The notes under the pieces are model-generated. The model did no database searches. It was not told where the DNA came from and saw nothing but the letters and a program-made list of their open reading frames with translations. From Macrostomum lignano (Eukaryota), in NCBI GenBank assembly GCA_002269645.1, contig NIVC01003471.1:1-64000 (forward strand): a DNA stretch of 64,000 nucleotides, in the 5' to 3' direction. Shown one piece after another: positions 1 to 31,045 of the stretch; positions within the stretch are counted from its first letter, which is position 1; every line of letters starts with the position of its first letter. The translations under genes and the position numbers were made by a program.

Positions 1-880
1 CAAACGTTAAAAATTAGCCTTCAGCGATTGAACAGGTAAACTAACTACCAAGGAACTATGGAAAGGCTTTATAAGTTTATAATGCAAATTAACTGGCCCA
101 AATTACCGCAAAATTGGCCTACTCGTATTGAATTCAAAAGGTGAATGCTGTCCATGCTCAACATGCTTCTGAGTTTTTAACTAGCTCTCGTGACCAGATT
201 GAGCACGAAATGGCCCAGACAGAACGCAAAGAGACATCAAAGAACTGGTCTTGACGAACAGCTCCAAGATCTGATTCATGGCATTCATGTTGCTGCATAA
301 GAAACGAGCGCGAGCTGTTTTATTTGCATGGACCAGTCAAAAATAATGTGAATTACATGCAGTTTCGCGGAAAGAGATATGCCAAAAAATTAGTTTTAAT
401 ACCAAATCAAGCAAGCAGCTAAAAAGAAGAGAGAAAATTGTAAAATTTTAGATACATTGTGAACGACGCAAACTGCAGCTGCAGGCAAAAAAATGCATCT
501 GAAATTCGCCCGAGAGAGACCGGCAATGCGAAGCTGCCGCCAGCCTCAGGCACTCACCGGTTATCTCACTGGTATTTAGCCTCAGGCGAGCGAGCATTAT
601 TGTGTTGTTACTCTCGCGTTTGAGAGTAAGTTGCCCAATGGAGAATAAAAATTTGACCAGGTTTAGTGCAAGCACAATGGCAAAAAACTCAGACTCACAG
701 ACAAGCTCAAACCCCGCCACAGTGACCACCCACACACTCTCGTTCCATAAAAGCCGCTCGCCCCCTCGAGCACCTGCTTTTTCCCGGCTGCATCATCTCA
801 TTTTCGTCTGCCAGACTGCTGAGAGCTTAAGAGCCGAGCTTCGAAGGTCCAAGTCCGAAGAGGGAAGGTAGAGCACCAAC

Positions 881-3800
881 ATGTCTTCTGCAAACGAAAC
901 CAAGACCGTGAAGACGGTGAAGACCATCACCTCCACCAGCGGCGGTCAGGCCGGCACCACCAGCGGCGGCTCCGTCACCTCCGCGCTCTGAGAGCAGCAG
1001 CGGTAGCTTCACAAAACGTGGCCCAATCACCGCGTCAAAGACCGTCGTTATCAACAGGTCGCTGCCTGGCAGCTTGTCTGTGCAGACGAGGGACAGCGTT
1101 GACTCCGCCGTGCGAGTGCAGCGAAGCTACACCGCCGCCTCTAGCGAGCTGCAGCAGACAACAGCCGGGCTTAACAACATGCTGACGGGACGGGAGAAGG
1201 AGAAGAAGGACATGCGGGAGCTGAACGAACGATTTGCCAGCTACATCGAGAAGGTAGGCAATAAGTGCTTTCCGTTCCGCATATCTCCAGCTGCACGTGC
1301 TCGCATGGACGGGGACTAATTTTTAAATCTGACATTTCTTATAGGTTCGCTTCTTGGAGGCCCAGAACCGCAAGCTGTCGGAGGAGCTCCAGAAGCTGCG
1401 CGACTCCTGGGGCAAGGAGACGGAGAAGGTGAGGTCCCTATACGAGACTGAGCTGGCCCAGCTGCGCAAGCTGCTGGAAGACGCGGATCAGTACAAGGCG
1501 ACCATGGAGGTTCGCGTCACCACTCTTGAGGATCAGCTGAACGAGATGGAGCAGCTGTGAGTTCAAAAGACTTTCAACCCTTTCTCAAGTATGGACATGT
1601 CAAGGTGTAGTCGATATTAGGGCTTATGTTAAAATAACGCTTACAGATATACTCCATCAACTTTAGTACGAGTGCAGGATATATTCCATAAGGTATTCCA
1701 CAAGGTAACCCATCGCACTTCAGGCTGGAAGAGGCCAACCGCGTGCACGCTAACGACCGGGACACCATCGACAAGCTCAACCAGCAGATGGCTGACTACG
1801 ACGGCGAGATCTCGCTGTTGCGCAGGCGCGTCGCTTCATTCGACGACGAGCGGGCGCGCGACCAGGCCGAGATCAAGCGGCTGAGGCAGGATGTGGCCCG
1901 GCTCAGAGGCGTGAGTTTCATCGGGGTTGCCTGTGGCTTTGATTTGCACGGGTGTGATCCTACTTTGCGGGAAGCTCAAATCAGTCGATACTAGAGAAGA
2001 ATTATTTTATAAATGTTTATTTCGCTTGGTAGAGGTCTCTGCAAACAAAGCAGTATGATGTACCCTATGTAGCAATATGTATCTGCATTGGTGACTCTAG
2101 AAGGTTCTCTAGCACTGTTCTCTGCAAGCCCTAATAAAGCTTTTGCGAGACGCATGATTCAGCACTTTGCCGCGGGGTGAAAAGCGCTTGCGACAGCGAA
2201 TAAACATAGGTAGGCTAATTGTAGCAACAATTGCAACCCATTGTCCAACTCTATTTGGGGGCTACTAGATGCTTCTTGCCAAGTCACGTCCCCTAAGACT
2301 GCGGCGGCGCCAACAAGAGCGGGTGCCTGAGGCCCTGGCTGGAGCATGGCAATCGCTTTAAACTCGTGCGGCAGAGAACATCAATAGAATGAAAGCCAGC
2401 TTGCAACTCAAACAGTCCCAACAAAAATATGGCGCCAGGGGCAATATTCTCCATCTCAGCCAGCGACTCGGGCAGCCGTAGATAACAAAGCACTTGATGA
2501 AAAATGCAAATTTGTGTTGAATTGAATAGCAGCAGTGGAAGAAAAAGCGAGAGAACGCAACTGCGCAGTCTTGCGCTCATGACTAGGCTGGGTGGGGCTA
2601 CCTTCTCACAATTAAAAATGCAGCTTCAGTCCATTGTGAGTCCCCTACTGGCATAAAATGAAATTTGAAAGAATAGGAACTTTATTGTCCAGCTCTAACC
2701 CACGATGACCCCTCAAGACATCGCATGTCCATGCTACCTTGGGCATTGTTGCACCCTACCCATATTTTTCATTCTCCAAACAGCAGACAAACACAACCGT
2801 AGAACTGCAAAACAGGGCGTTGACCGCTTATTCAGGTCATGGAGCCGAGCGAAAGAAGTTTCTTAGTGGACAAATTTGGTGATGCCTTGGCGCTTGGTCT
2901 CTGACAGTCTGGTCTGGGTGCTTTGAATGTGTAGCGCATGTGTGTTGTGTATCGTAAGGCACAATAAAAAACGTGTTCGCTGAGTCATGCAGAACTGAGT
3001 TATTGTCAGTATCTTCTACAGTAAGTGAGTGCGCTTCATTCAAACACGGTTTTTGCAGTTCGAACCAAATATTATGTTAGGACAAAATATGACTTCCTTT
3101 CTCATCCAAATGTAAACTAGAATACGAAATACCTTCGTTAAATAGGATTGCTAAAGGCTTTATCTTCTTTCACGTTTCTTCTAACTTATAGATTTCATAA
3201 CAAATGGCAAAATATTTACGTATAATTAGGAATTCTGCGCCCCCGTTCGCAGGACCTGGACACGGAGACGCTGAACCACATCAACGCCGAGAATTCTGCC
3301 CAGTCACTGCGCGAGGAGCTTGAATTCCTTCGTGCTCTGCATGATTCTGTAAGTGAACTGTGTACTTTGTTACCAAACGGCTAGTAGGTTGAATCGGACA
3401 TATAATTTAAATTTCATTTCTGCAGGAGCTCAAAGAACTTTCAGCCCTGGCCTATCGTGACACAACCTCGGAAAACCGCGAGTTCTGGAAGAACGAAATG
3501 GCCCAGGCTCTGCACGAAATCCAGCGCGAATACGATTCCAAGCTGGACGTTGTCCGAAGCGAGATGGAGTCTCAGTACAGCATCAAGGTGCAGGAGGCTC
3601 GCACGAGCAACACGCGTGACAACATGGAGCTAACCCACCTCAAGGAGGAGAACCGGCGCATCAAGTCCCAGGTGCGTACGGCGGCGTCGCTCCGCTTAAT
3701 ACATTAATGCTAAAATGCGCGAGAATTGTACGCTTTTCCTCTGAAATTTTCCATTCGATCAGATCGGAGACGCTCGCAACCGGATCCCGGAGCTGGAGGC

Positions 3801-4284
3801 GCGCAACGCACAGCTGGAGCGCGAAATCGAAGATCTGCGCCGCGAGCTGGAGGAGACGATGCGCTCAAGCGAGCTGGAGAAGAACCAGCTGCAGGCCGAC
3901 CTGTCCAGCTGCAACGCCACCTTGGCTGAGTACCTGCGCGAGCTGCAGACACTGATGGACGCCAAGCTCAGCTTGGAGCTCGAGATCCACGCCTACAGAA
4001 AGCTGCTCGAGGGAGAGGAGATCAGGTTAGGGGCCAGAAACTGATTAATAACTTTCCGAACAAACTACGAGCATTCAACCGGTCGTCACAAGTCATCCAG
4101 AGTTTTGTCTCGCCAGTAAAAAAGCGAGAGGAGATCCCATTCGTCTAATGTGCTAATATGTTATTCAGCCCGATACCCTCAACCGCTGCAGGATCAACCA
4201 GACCAGCATCAGCAGCCGCGAGGGATCCTCGTCAAGGACCACCACCGTCATCGAGCAGCAGACCTCCTCCAGTTCTGAGATGTC

Positions 4285-4318
<34 letters not shown>

Positions 4319-5749
4319 ATTTCTCAGCAGCAAGGTTGGCACATCCATTAATGTGCAAATATTTATGCAGCAGAAATTGTATTAAATAACTAAAACAAAT
4401 TGTACATTCAATATCTCCCTACAACTCCCCTTCCAGCTCGTCAGCAGGGTAAGCTCACTTCTCAACCTTACTCGATACGCCATGGCTCTATTCCTTAAAA
4501 ACTCAACTGCCCACCCCTCCGATTGTAGTGAGCATCATGAAGGGCTCGATGACCGCCAAGACTTCGGCCCAGCGGACCTCGAAGGGCAGCATCACCATCC
4601 AGGAATGCGATAGCGAGGGCAAGTTCGTAACTCTGGAGTTCACCGGCAAGAAGGTTTGTCTATTTACTAATATTCTCTAGGTGTAACTCTGACTTGAAAT
4701 TTCCCTAAAATAGCACCTCATCTGGTCTCTTACAGAAGGAGGATCTGAGCGACTGGACCCTGGTGCGAAACGTCGACAACGAGAAGCTCATCGTGAAATA
4801 CACCTTCCCGAAGGACACCGTCATGGATAGCGGAAACAAGACCATTAAGGTAAACCTACCGGGAAAAGCTTCATGAAGCTAGCAAAGGTGGACACAAACT
4901 ACTAGCAGTAGTCGTGACACGTGAACGTCTCTACTCTGAATTTTCCGCAGATCTGGGCCAAGGGCCAAAGGCCTGCCGACAGCAAGGATCTGGAGATGAA
5001 CGACCAGAGCTGGGGCATGGGCTCCCACATCGTCACGATGCTGTCCAACGCTGATGGAGAGGTAAACTGCGAAAACTCATGTCGGTCGCTATGCATACCC
5101 CTCTCTGCGTCAGTCTCTCCCACAACCCCTCTCTGCGTCAGTCTCTCCCACAACCTCTCTCTGCGTCAGTCTCTCCCACAACCTCTCTCTGCGTCAGTCT
5201 CTCCCACAACCCCTCTCTGCGTCAGTCTCTCCCACACTGCCTACCCCTCTCTGCGTCAGTCTCTCCCACAACCTCTCTCTGCGTCAGTCTCTCCCACAAC
5301 CCCTCTCTGCGTCAGTCTCTCCCACAACCTCTCTCTGCGTCAGTCTCTCCCACAACCTCTCTCTGCGTCAGTCTCTCCCACAACCCCTCACTGCGTCAGT
5401 CTCTCCCACAACCTCTCTCTGCGTCAGTCTCTCCCACAACCTCTCTCTGCGTCAGTCTCTCCCACAACCCCTCTCTGCGTCAGTCTCTCCCACAACCCCT
5501 CACTGCGTCAGTCTCTCCCACAACCCCTCTCTGCGTCAGTCTCTCCCACAACCCCTCACTGCGTTAGTCTCTCCCACACTGCCTACCCCTCACTGCGTCA
5601 GTCTCTCCCACACTGCCTACCCCTCTCTGCCTCAGTCTAATTTCCAACCCACAATACCTTAAGCATCTCTTTGAACCAAGCCAACCCAACCATCGCTACA
5701 ACAGGAAAAGGCCACCCACACCCAGAAGACAACCTACAGCACTGAGTAA
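881..5749 (+). CDS. Cytoplasmic intermediate filament protein (protostome type, rod + lamin-tail domain), ~642 aa; exons 881-1253, 1345-1556, 1724-1910, 3253-3348, 3426-3671, 3763-4025, 4192-4334, 4437-4448, 4529-4653, 4736-4849, 4951-5061, 5705-5749; apparent frameshift near 981-988
   Basis: Coil-1A motif EKKDMRELNERFASYIEK|VRFLEAQN, rod-end motif KLSLELEIHAYRKLLEGEE, LTD motifs SKGSITIQECDSEGKFVTLE and IWAKG...SWGMGSHIVTMLSNADGEE. All introns are GT-AG with consistent phases. Ends TTYSTE* with no CaaX, so cytoplasmic IF rather than nuclear lamin. Confidence 0.92.
2150..2560 (-). mobile_element. Possible decayed non-LTR (RTE-like) APE-endonuclease fragment in IF intron 3
   Basis: Minus-strand peptides ENIAPGAIFLLGLFELQAG (resembles xxLLGDFNA) and LDNGLQLLLQLAYLCLFAVASAF (resembles NGxRLLxLCxxxxLxIxNTFF) occur in the expected order across a frameshift. 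Similarity judged by eye only. Confidence 0.3.
5098..5636 (+). repeat. ~28-bp minisatellite (ctctctgcgtcagtctctcccacaacc[c]) in the last IF intron
   Basis: Direct tandem periodicity; explains ORFs 4921-5640 and 5079-5567. Confidence 0.95.
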
Positions 5750-7572
5750 GCCAGCGGTTGAAGAAAGAAGAATGACGTCGTTGAAGCGCGCTGTGATTGA
5801 AAACTTAAAGTTAAATTTAGTAAAAGACTAACAGGAGCGGAAGCACTGGAATTTGACTGGCAGATCGCTACCCCCTATTTCCATTAAATCAATTTCTTAG
5901 GTACTAAAAATTCTAAGCAGTTTTCAATAATACTCGTACCTTTAGTTAATTTACATTTACAGTATGTCTACTCGTATCAGCCATTATAACAGTAGTGCTA
6001 CACGTGTTTTATATCACTTTTTAGTCTAATCCCAAAAGCGCTGAACAAGATAAGTCTATAAAGTCAGCGAGACACTCTGTGACCCCTCCTCAGCATCAAC
6101 TATTTAGCCCTATTAACATTAGGTAATACAATTTATCTATAACCAAATTTAAAGAAAACATTAAATACTTTTAAAATAAACTTCATCGCGTTCCATTTCA
6201 TTATTACACAACTACTTACTGGAGTTGCTGTCCTCATATTTTTGTTTTCTTTAATTTTAAAGATGGCTCTAATGTCGATATTCTACTACTAACTTACTAA
6301 GTCGTTGGGGAGTAGAATACAGGCCACTGTGCGGTAAATTTTGATAGAAAATTTTCAGTTTATTTATAAAGCTTTCTTAATTATATAAAATCAAAGAGCC
6401 ACCTCTACTGCCTGCTTACTCGAAAGTAGTGTACATTGAATATAATAATAATGCGAGCGTGACTAAATCTGACTCAGAGGGATTGTGGCTCTGTGATTAG
6501 CAGGCGAATGTCCGCAACAGTCGCTCGCCATCCAGTTCCAACCCAAGTGGGTTTTTAATTTCAACTATCAGAAAACCTCTTTGATCTGCTGTCCCGCTTC
6601 TCGATTGCTAAATAGTTTCAAAAATAGAATTTTAAAGGCCGATGGAGTCAGCTGGGCAAACTGCGGGGACAGTCGGGGTGCTGTCAGAGATCTGGGGGTG
6701 CTGGTGGGCAGCAGCGAGCACCCGCTGCCAGCCACCCAGCTCACTCCTCAGCAGAGCCTGCCCGTGGGTCTGGTGTACGCAGTCACTCTTCTCCGTCTCT
6801 CGCTTTTAATTCGGGAGAGACAGAGAAGCTGAAATCAAAATAATGGATGGAGAGCGCGCAGGCAAGCGGTTGGAGGCGGTGGGGTGGCCGACCTGTGCCC
6901 AGCAATGCAGCAGCAGCAGCAGCAGCGGTCTCAAAGACTGACCTGCTGCTCAGTTTAGCTCATTTGAGTAGAAAAACAGGCACGAAAGCTCGGCAATGGC
7001 AGGCTTGGAGTAGCCAAATCTGCAGACCAGAGAGAGACGCAAGGGACTCTGAAAGGTGAGCTGTTGTTTTTTTTAGAATTCATTCGCCATCTGATTAGTA
7101 GGGAGATCTATCTCAGAGAAATTTTGGGAAAAGAAACTATTCGATCAGATTATTGTCTACTTAGGCTCTAAAAGTGGAGATTTATTGTCAACTTACTGCG
7201 ACGAAATCTCACAGGATCACACGGGATTTCTCAGAATTTTGCCATTCTCAAATGTCAGTCTGAGGAGGTCTGCAATGAGCCTGCTTTAAACATATTCCCT
7301 GAGACTGCCCAGGATCCAGAACTGTGATCGCCTTGAGTAGCTTTAGAGTTGACATTCAATCAAAATTTTATCCTCAAAACTCAGTAAAAGTCCTTGGACG
7401 TCTTTGGGTTTCTAATCGATTGGTCCCTGCTAGTTTTCCACTGCAGTCGGTTCCGTCTAGAGCTGAACCTGGGGGTCCATTCCGGTTCTCATTATAACAC
7501 CCCTTAGATCTACCCCTGTTGCTGTAAAGCTGAAGGCTGATTGGGTAGTTTGCGTTGGCTCACAAGTACTCT

Positions 7573-8662
7573 CTGACATGCGGACATTGTTGCACTGACA
7601 TGCGGATATTGTTGCACTGACATGCGGATATTGTTGCACTGACATGCGGATATTGTTGCACTGACATGCGGATATTGTTGCACTGACATGCGGATACTGT
7701 CACACTGACATGCGGATATTGTTGCACTGACATGCGGATATTGTTGCACTGACATGCGGATATTGTTGCACTGACATGCGGATATTGTTGCACTGACATG
7801 CGGATATTGTTGCACTGACATGCGGATACTGTCACACTGACATGCGGATACTGTCGCACTGACATGCGGATATTGTTGCACTGACATGCGGATATTGTTG
7901 CACTGACATGCGGATATTGTTGCACTGACATGCGGATATTGTTGCACTGACATGCGGATATTGTTGCACTGACATGCGGATATTGTTGCACTGACATGCG
8001 GATATTGTTGCACTGACATGCGGATACTGTCACACTGACATGCGGATATTGTTGCACTGACATGCGGATATTGTTGCACTGACATGCGGATACTGTCACA
8101 CTGACATGCGGATACTGTCGCACTGACATGCGGATACTGTCGCTCTGACATGCGGATATTGTTGCACTGACATGCGGATACTGTCGCACTGACATGCGGA
8201 TACTGTTGCACTGACATGCGGATACTGTCACACTGACATGCGGATACTGTCGCACTGACATGCGGATACTGTCGCTCTGACATGCGAATACTGTCGCTCT
8301 GACATGCGGATATTGTTGCACTGACATGCGGATACTGTCGCACTGACATGCGGATACTGTTGCACTGACATGCGGATATTGTTGCACTGACATGCGGATA
8401 TTGTTGCACTGACATGCGGATATTGTTTCACTGACATGCGGATACTGTCGCACTGACATGCGGATACTGTCGCACTGACATGCGGATACTGTCGCACTGA
8501 CATGCGGATATTGTTGCACTGACATGCGGATAGTGTTGCACTGACATGCGGATACTGTCGCACTGACATGCGGATTTTGTTGCACTGACATGCGGATATT
8601 GTTGTACTGACATGCGGATTTTGTTGCACTGACATGCGGATATTGTTGCACTGACATGCGGA
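7573..8662. repeat. 22-bp minisatellite (ctgacatgcggatattgttgca), ~50 copies
   Basis: Period 22 seen directly; explains the MSVQQYPH ORFs. Confidence 0.97.
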
Positions 8663-9874
8663 TGCCTACACCTTGTGTGCCTCTGCAACCTGCAGCCCTG
8701 CAGCCAATGGTCAGCGCTGTCGCCCCTGATTGGCCCTGCCGCCCACTCTGCTGTGCACGTCCTGCACGGCCTTGGGCTGCAGCGGTCCCGGCTGCTCGCA
8801 CTCAGACCGGGGCAGTCAATTGGATCTGGCCGGGCTCGCTTGGACTTTCAGCAGGAGAAAGAGGAGAGGCCGGACTGGGCGGCGGGGAGAGAGAGAGTCA
8901 AACGGTCGCTGATTCCCGCACGCCCTTCATAAGCGCAATGCTTGAAACTTAGGCGCTGGCCGAAGCCCCCGGAGACAATCCCGAATTCAAACATTTTCCC
9001 GTCGCATTCTCTTCCTTGCCTTGTCAGCGAAGCTTGGCGTCACCGCCCCGGGTGTCGCTTTCACGCCTGGCGGTTTAGAAACTCTCAGCCTCTACCGACA
9101 AGGGCCTGAAGCAGGCGACGGACCCAATTCCCCTCCCCACACTCTTGGCTCTCTCCTTCAAGTTATTCCTTTCCCGCTTTCTTTTGTAAGTCCTCTCCCA
9201 GCTGACCGCCAAGTCAAGAGAAGAGCTTGCCTAGTTAGGCTAAAGATATTACAGTTAAATGTCCTTCAGTGCGCCAGCAGCAGCCACAGCGAGCCAGTTA
9301 TTGTGCTGCTAGGCGCGCTTCTGTGCCTCAACCTGGACGGATAGTCGTGGCAACTACTCAAAAAGTCAGGGAGGGTGTGACAAGATTCCAAGAACAGATC
9401 GGTCCTCCCGGATCCTGGCCGCACCTTGCGCTTCTGGCAACCGCTGAAACGTCAGAGGCACTCCAGGATCCTTGAAGAATTCGGTCCGAGGAAAGTAAAC
9501 TTCATGCCGCCAAGGAAGGTGTAAACCCGCAGGCAGGTAAGACGTGGCATCATTTTCTAGTGGGTCTGGGAAATCAAAAATTGCGCTGAAAGAAATGGAA
9601 AGTGACGAGAGGCGCGGCTTGCGACTGGCGACCCGGCGAAAGGCAGCTGGAAGAAATTCAGCCAATGTACTTTTTTATAACCCGGGCCTGCGACCGGGCA
9701 CTGCGCACGCCTGCGCATTCCTTTATATCTGCGAGCCCCCGCCTTCGAACTGCCCTCTCTCCTCTCCCCCTCTTGATGAATGCACCAATTTCTTACAGGT
9801 GAAAGGCAAAGAACTGTCCAGCTGGAAAACTTTCCATGGAAAAGTGGTTTGGCCTAAGCTGAGAGTGCCTGGAT

Positions 9875-10515
<641 letters not shown>

Positions 10516-10880
10516 AAAAATGCTAACAAACCCTGGGAATTCGGAGCCCATACAATAAGCCAGAAGACAATGGTCTGCACACCTTCAATTCCAATTGAGT
10601 GCCCATGGGGCAAACTCTGCCTGAAGTCTCTATCTAGGGATTATTCTTCCCACCGGTACTAAAACCAAAATTTTTACATCCCGGTGTTTGCGTTTCCAGC
10701 AGCAGCAGATGCCCGCATGTTTGCCCAGCCATCAATAACTTTCGCTGCCTGCAGGAGGGCCGAGCAGGCAGCTGGGTGGCCAGCGAACATCGGGCAAATT
10801 GGTGAAAAGTCCAACTTTTTTTAAACAAAAGCGAGCTCACAGAGCTGTATGGTGCTGGATTAGTCAGGATTCTGTGTTAG

Positions 10881-11465
10881 AGGAGAGCTGGAGTGTGTCA
10901 GACACAAGTCTGCAGTGTCAGATGAGAGCTGGAGTGTGTCAGACACAAGTCTGCAGTGTCAGATGAGAGCTGGAGTGTGTCAGACACAAGTCTGCAGTGT
11001 CAGATGAGAGCTGGAGTGTGTCAGACACAAGTCTGCAGTGTCAGATGAGAGCTGGAGTGTGTCAGACACAAGTCTGCAGTGTCAGATGAGAGCTGCAGTG
11101 TGTCAGGCACAAGTCTGCAGTGTCAGATGAGAGCTGGAGTGTGTCAGACACAAGTCTACAGTGTCAGATGAGAGCTGGAGTGTGTCAGACACAAGTCTGC
11201 AGTGTCAGATGAGAGCTGGAGTGTGTCAGACACAAATCTGCAGTGTCAGATGAGAGCTGGAGTGTGTCAGGCACAAGTCTGCAGTGTCAGATGAGAGCTG
11301 CTGTGTGTCAGACACAAATCTGCAGTGTCAGATGAGAGCTGGAGTGTGTCAGGCACAAGTCTGCAGTGTCAGATGAGAGCTGGAGTGTGTCAGACACAAA
11401 TCTGCAGTGTCAGATGAGAGCTGCTGTGTGTCAGACACAAAAGTGCGAGTCAGATGAGAGCTGGA
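10881..11465. repeat. 41-bp minisatellite (gagagctggagtgtgtcagacacaagtctgcagtgtcagat), ~14 copies
   Basis: gagagct recurs at 10924, 10965 and onward. Confidence 0.96.
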
Positions 11466-11940
11466 TCATGACAGCAGTTCTAAATAATATTTAAGCAGAT
11501 ATGGTTTTCCCAACAAGCGCTAATCGCGCCTTCTCACACGATTTCAACTGGAAAGCGTTGGGAGAATTTTTCAATTTTTTATTTCACTCCCAACAACTGC
11601 ATGGCGAACGGTTCTGAAGGGAAGTGCAGGCTACCGAAATTCTGCATTTTCAGCCAGCCAGTGTCAAGTTTCTGCAGTTTCCGGGTGAGAAATCTGCGAT
11701 TCCGCTGGCCTTGTTGAGCTTGCCCCCTCCCCCCCCCCGACAGCCCAACACTGGCGCGTCAGTTGCCATGACAGCAGTTGCCATGACACCTGAGTCGTGG
11801 GGCGACCCCTCGTGCCGGCGAGGGAGTTTTGGAGGCTGAGAAGTTTTCTAAAGCATTTTTAAAGTTATTGTGGATGGGTGCGCGCGAAGTTGATCGGATA
11901 TCAATTCTTTGTTATCTTTGCTTTGTTGTTGCTGTTTTTT

Positions 11941-12510
11941 GTAGTGTCTGCCGTAGTGTCTGCCTTAGTGTCTGCCGTAGTGTCTGCCTTAGTGTCTGCC
12001 GTAGTGTCTGTCTTAATGTCTGCCTTTGTGTTTGTCTTAGTGTCTGCCTTTGTGTTTGTCTTAGTGTCTGCCGTAGTGTCTGCCTTAGTGTCTGCCTTAG
12101 TGTCTGCCTTAGTGTCTGCCTTAGTGTCTGCCGTAGTGTCTGTCTTAATGTCTGCCTTTGTGTTTGTCTTAGTGTCTGCCTTTGTGTTTGTCTTAGTGTC
12201 TGCCGTAGTGTTTGTCATAGTGTCTGCCGTAGTGTCTGCCTTAGTGTCTGCCTTAGTGTCTTCCTTAGTGTCTGCCTTTGTGTCTGTCTTAGTGTCTGCC
12301 TTTGTGTTTGTCTTAGTGTCTGCCGTAGTGTCTGTCTTAGCGTCTGCCTTGTCTGTCTTAGTGTCTGCCTTAGTGTCTGCCTTTGTGTCTGTCTTAGTGT
12401 CTGCCTTTGTGTTTGTCTTAGTGTCTGCCGTAGTGTCTGTCTTAGTGTCTGCCTTGTCTGTCTTAGTGTCTGCCTTAGTGTCTGCCTTAGTGTCTGCCGT
12501 AGTGTCTGAC
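11941..12510. repeat. 12-bp minisatellite (tagtgtctgcct family)
   Basis: Direct; related units recur at 49290-49800 and 62255-63620. Confidence 0.93.
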
Positions 12511-12671
12511 TGTTTTTCTTATTGTCTGTCTGCCGCAATCCCGCTATTCTCCCTATACATTTCAATTAAAAAGCGCTTCATCACTTTCAGTCACTCAGTC
12601 GCGCCATTGGCTGGCAAAGCAGCAGCAGCAGCAGCCGGGCAGCAGCAGAGCTCGGGCCGCCGCAGGGGGGA

Positions 12672-30365
<17,694 letters not shown>

Positions 30366-30626
30366 ATACGCCTTGCCGCTACCACAAACCTGCACTGACT
30401 CTTTGATTGCAGTAAGCTGTTGTGAATTTTCGTGCACACCATTTTATGCCGTACATTTTACAGCAAGGGCTGTAGGGAGAGCTGTTTGGGCAGCGATTCA
30501 AACACTGTAGGGCTTAGGAATCCGCCTAGAGAAAAGTGCCAGTACGGACTAATGTACATACAAAATGCCGAGCAGCTTCTGATGTGCAGTACACAGTGTA
30601 CAGTATACCATATAATTTACATGATT

Positions 30627-31045
30627 GGGGGGGATAGCTCAGTAGTCTAACGCGGCGCTCTGATGTGCCAGCGGCCCAGGCTCGATTCCAAATGCGGCAC
30701 ATTAATTTGGGGCTAAATTGGAATGTCGGCTTGGCTCTGCTCGTGCAATTAACGCACTTGAGGCCAACCCCCAAGGCTCAGTGAAGTGTACATGCCTAAC
30801 GATAAATACATGTAAAGCTAGGGCTCCTGGACCTGGACACTCCTGTGTGAGTGTGCACTTGTGCGTATGACTGTGCACTTGTGCTCTCAGTGGAGTCGGC
30901 GGAATGGGCAGTAATGCCTCTCGCCTGTGGTGTGACAATGTCGCTTTAAGTGTGGCCAGGAAGCACACAGCCCACTGGCCTGTGTCTAATAAAAAGTGGA
31001 CACAAACAGCTGTTGCAGTATTGATTACTATTATTGTTATTACTA
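30627..31045 (+). mobile_element. Candidate tRNA-derived SINE
   Basis: Head GGGGGGATAGCTCAGTAG (A-box-like, 30635-30645) and GGCTCGATTCC (B-box-like, 30679-30689) at tRNA spacing, ~300-bp unique body, and a (TAT/ATT)-like tail at ~31018-31045. No TSD seen. Confidence 0.5.

Noticed and set aside
881-5749. Nuclear lamin
   Set aside because: No C-terminal CaaX and no basic NLS between rod and LTD.
30627-30700. Functional tRNA gene
   Set aside because: I could not form acceptor and anticodon stems, and the B-box is degenerate. Better explained as a SINE head.
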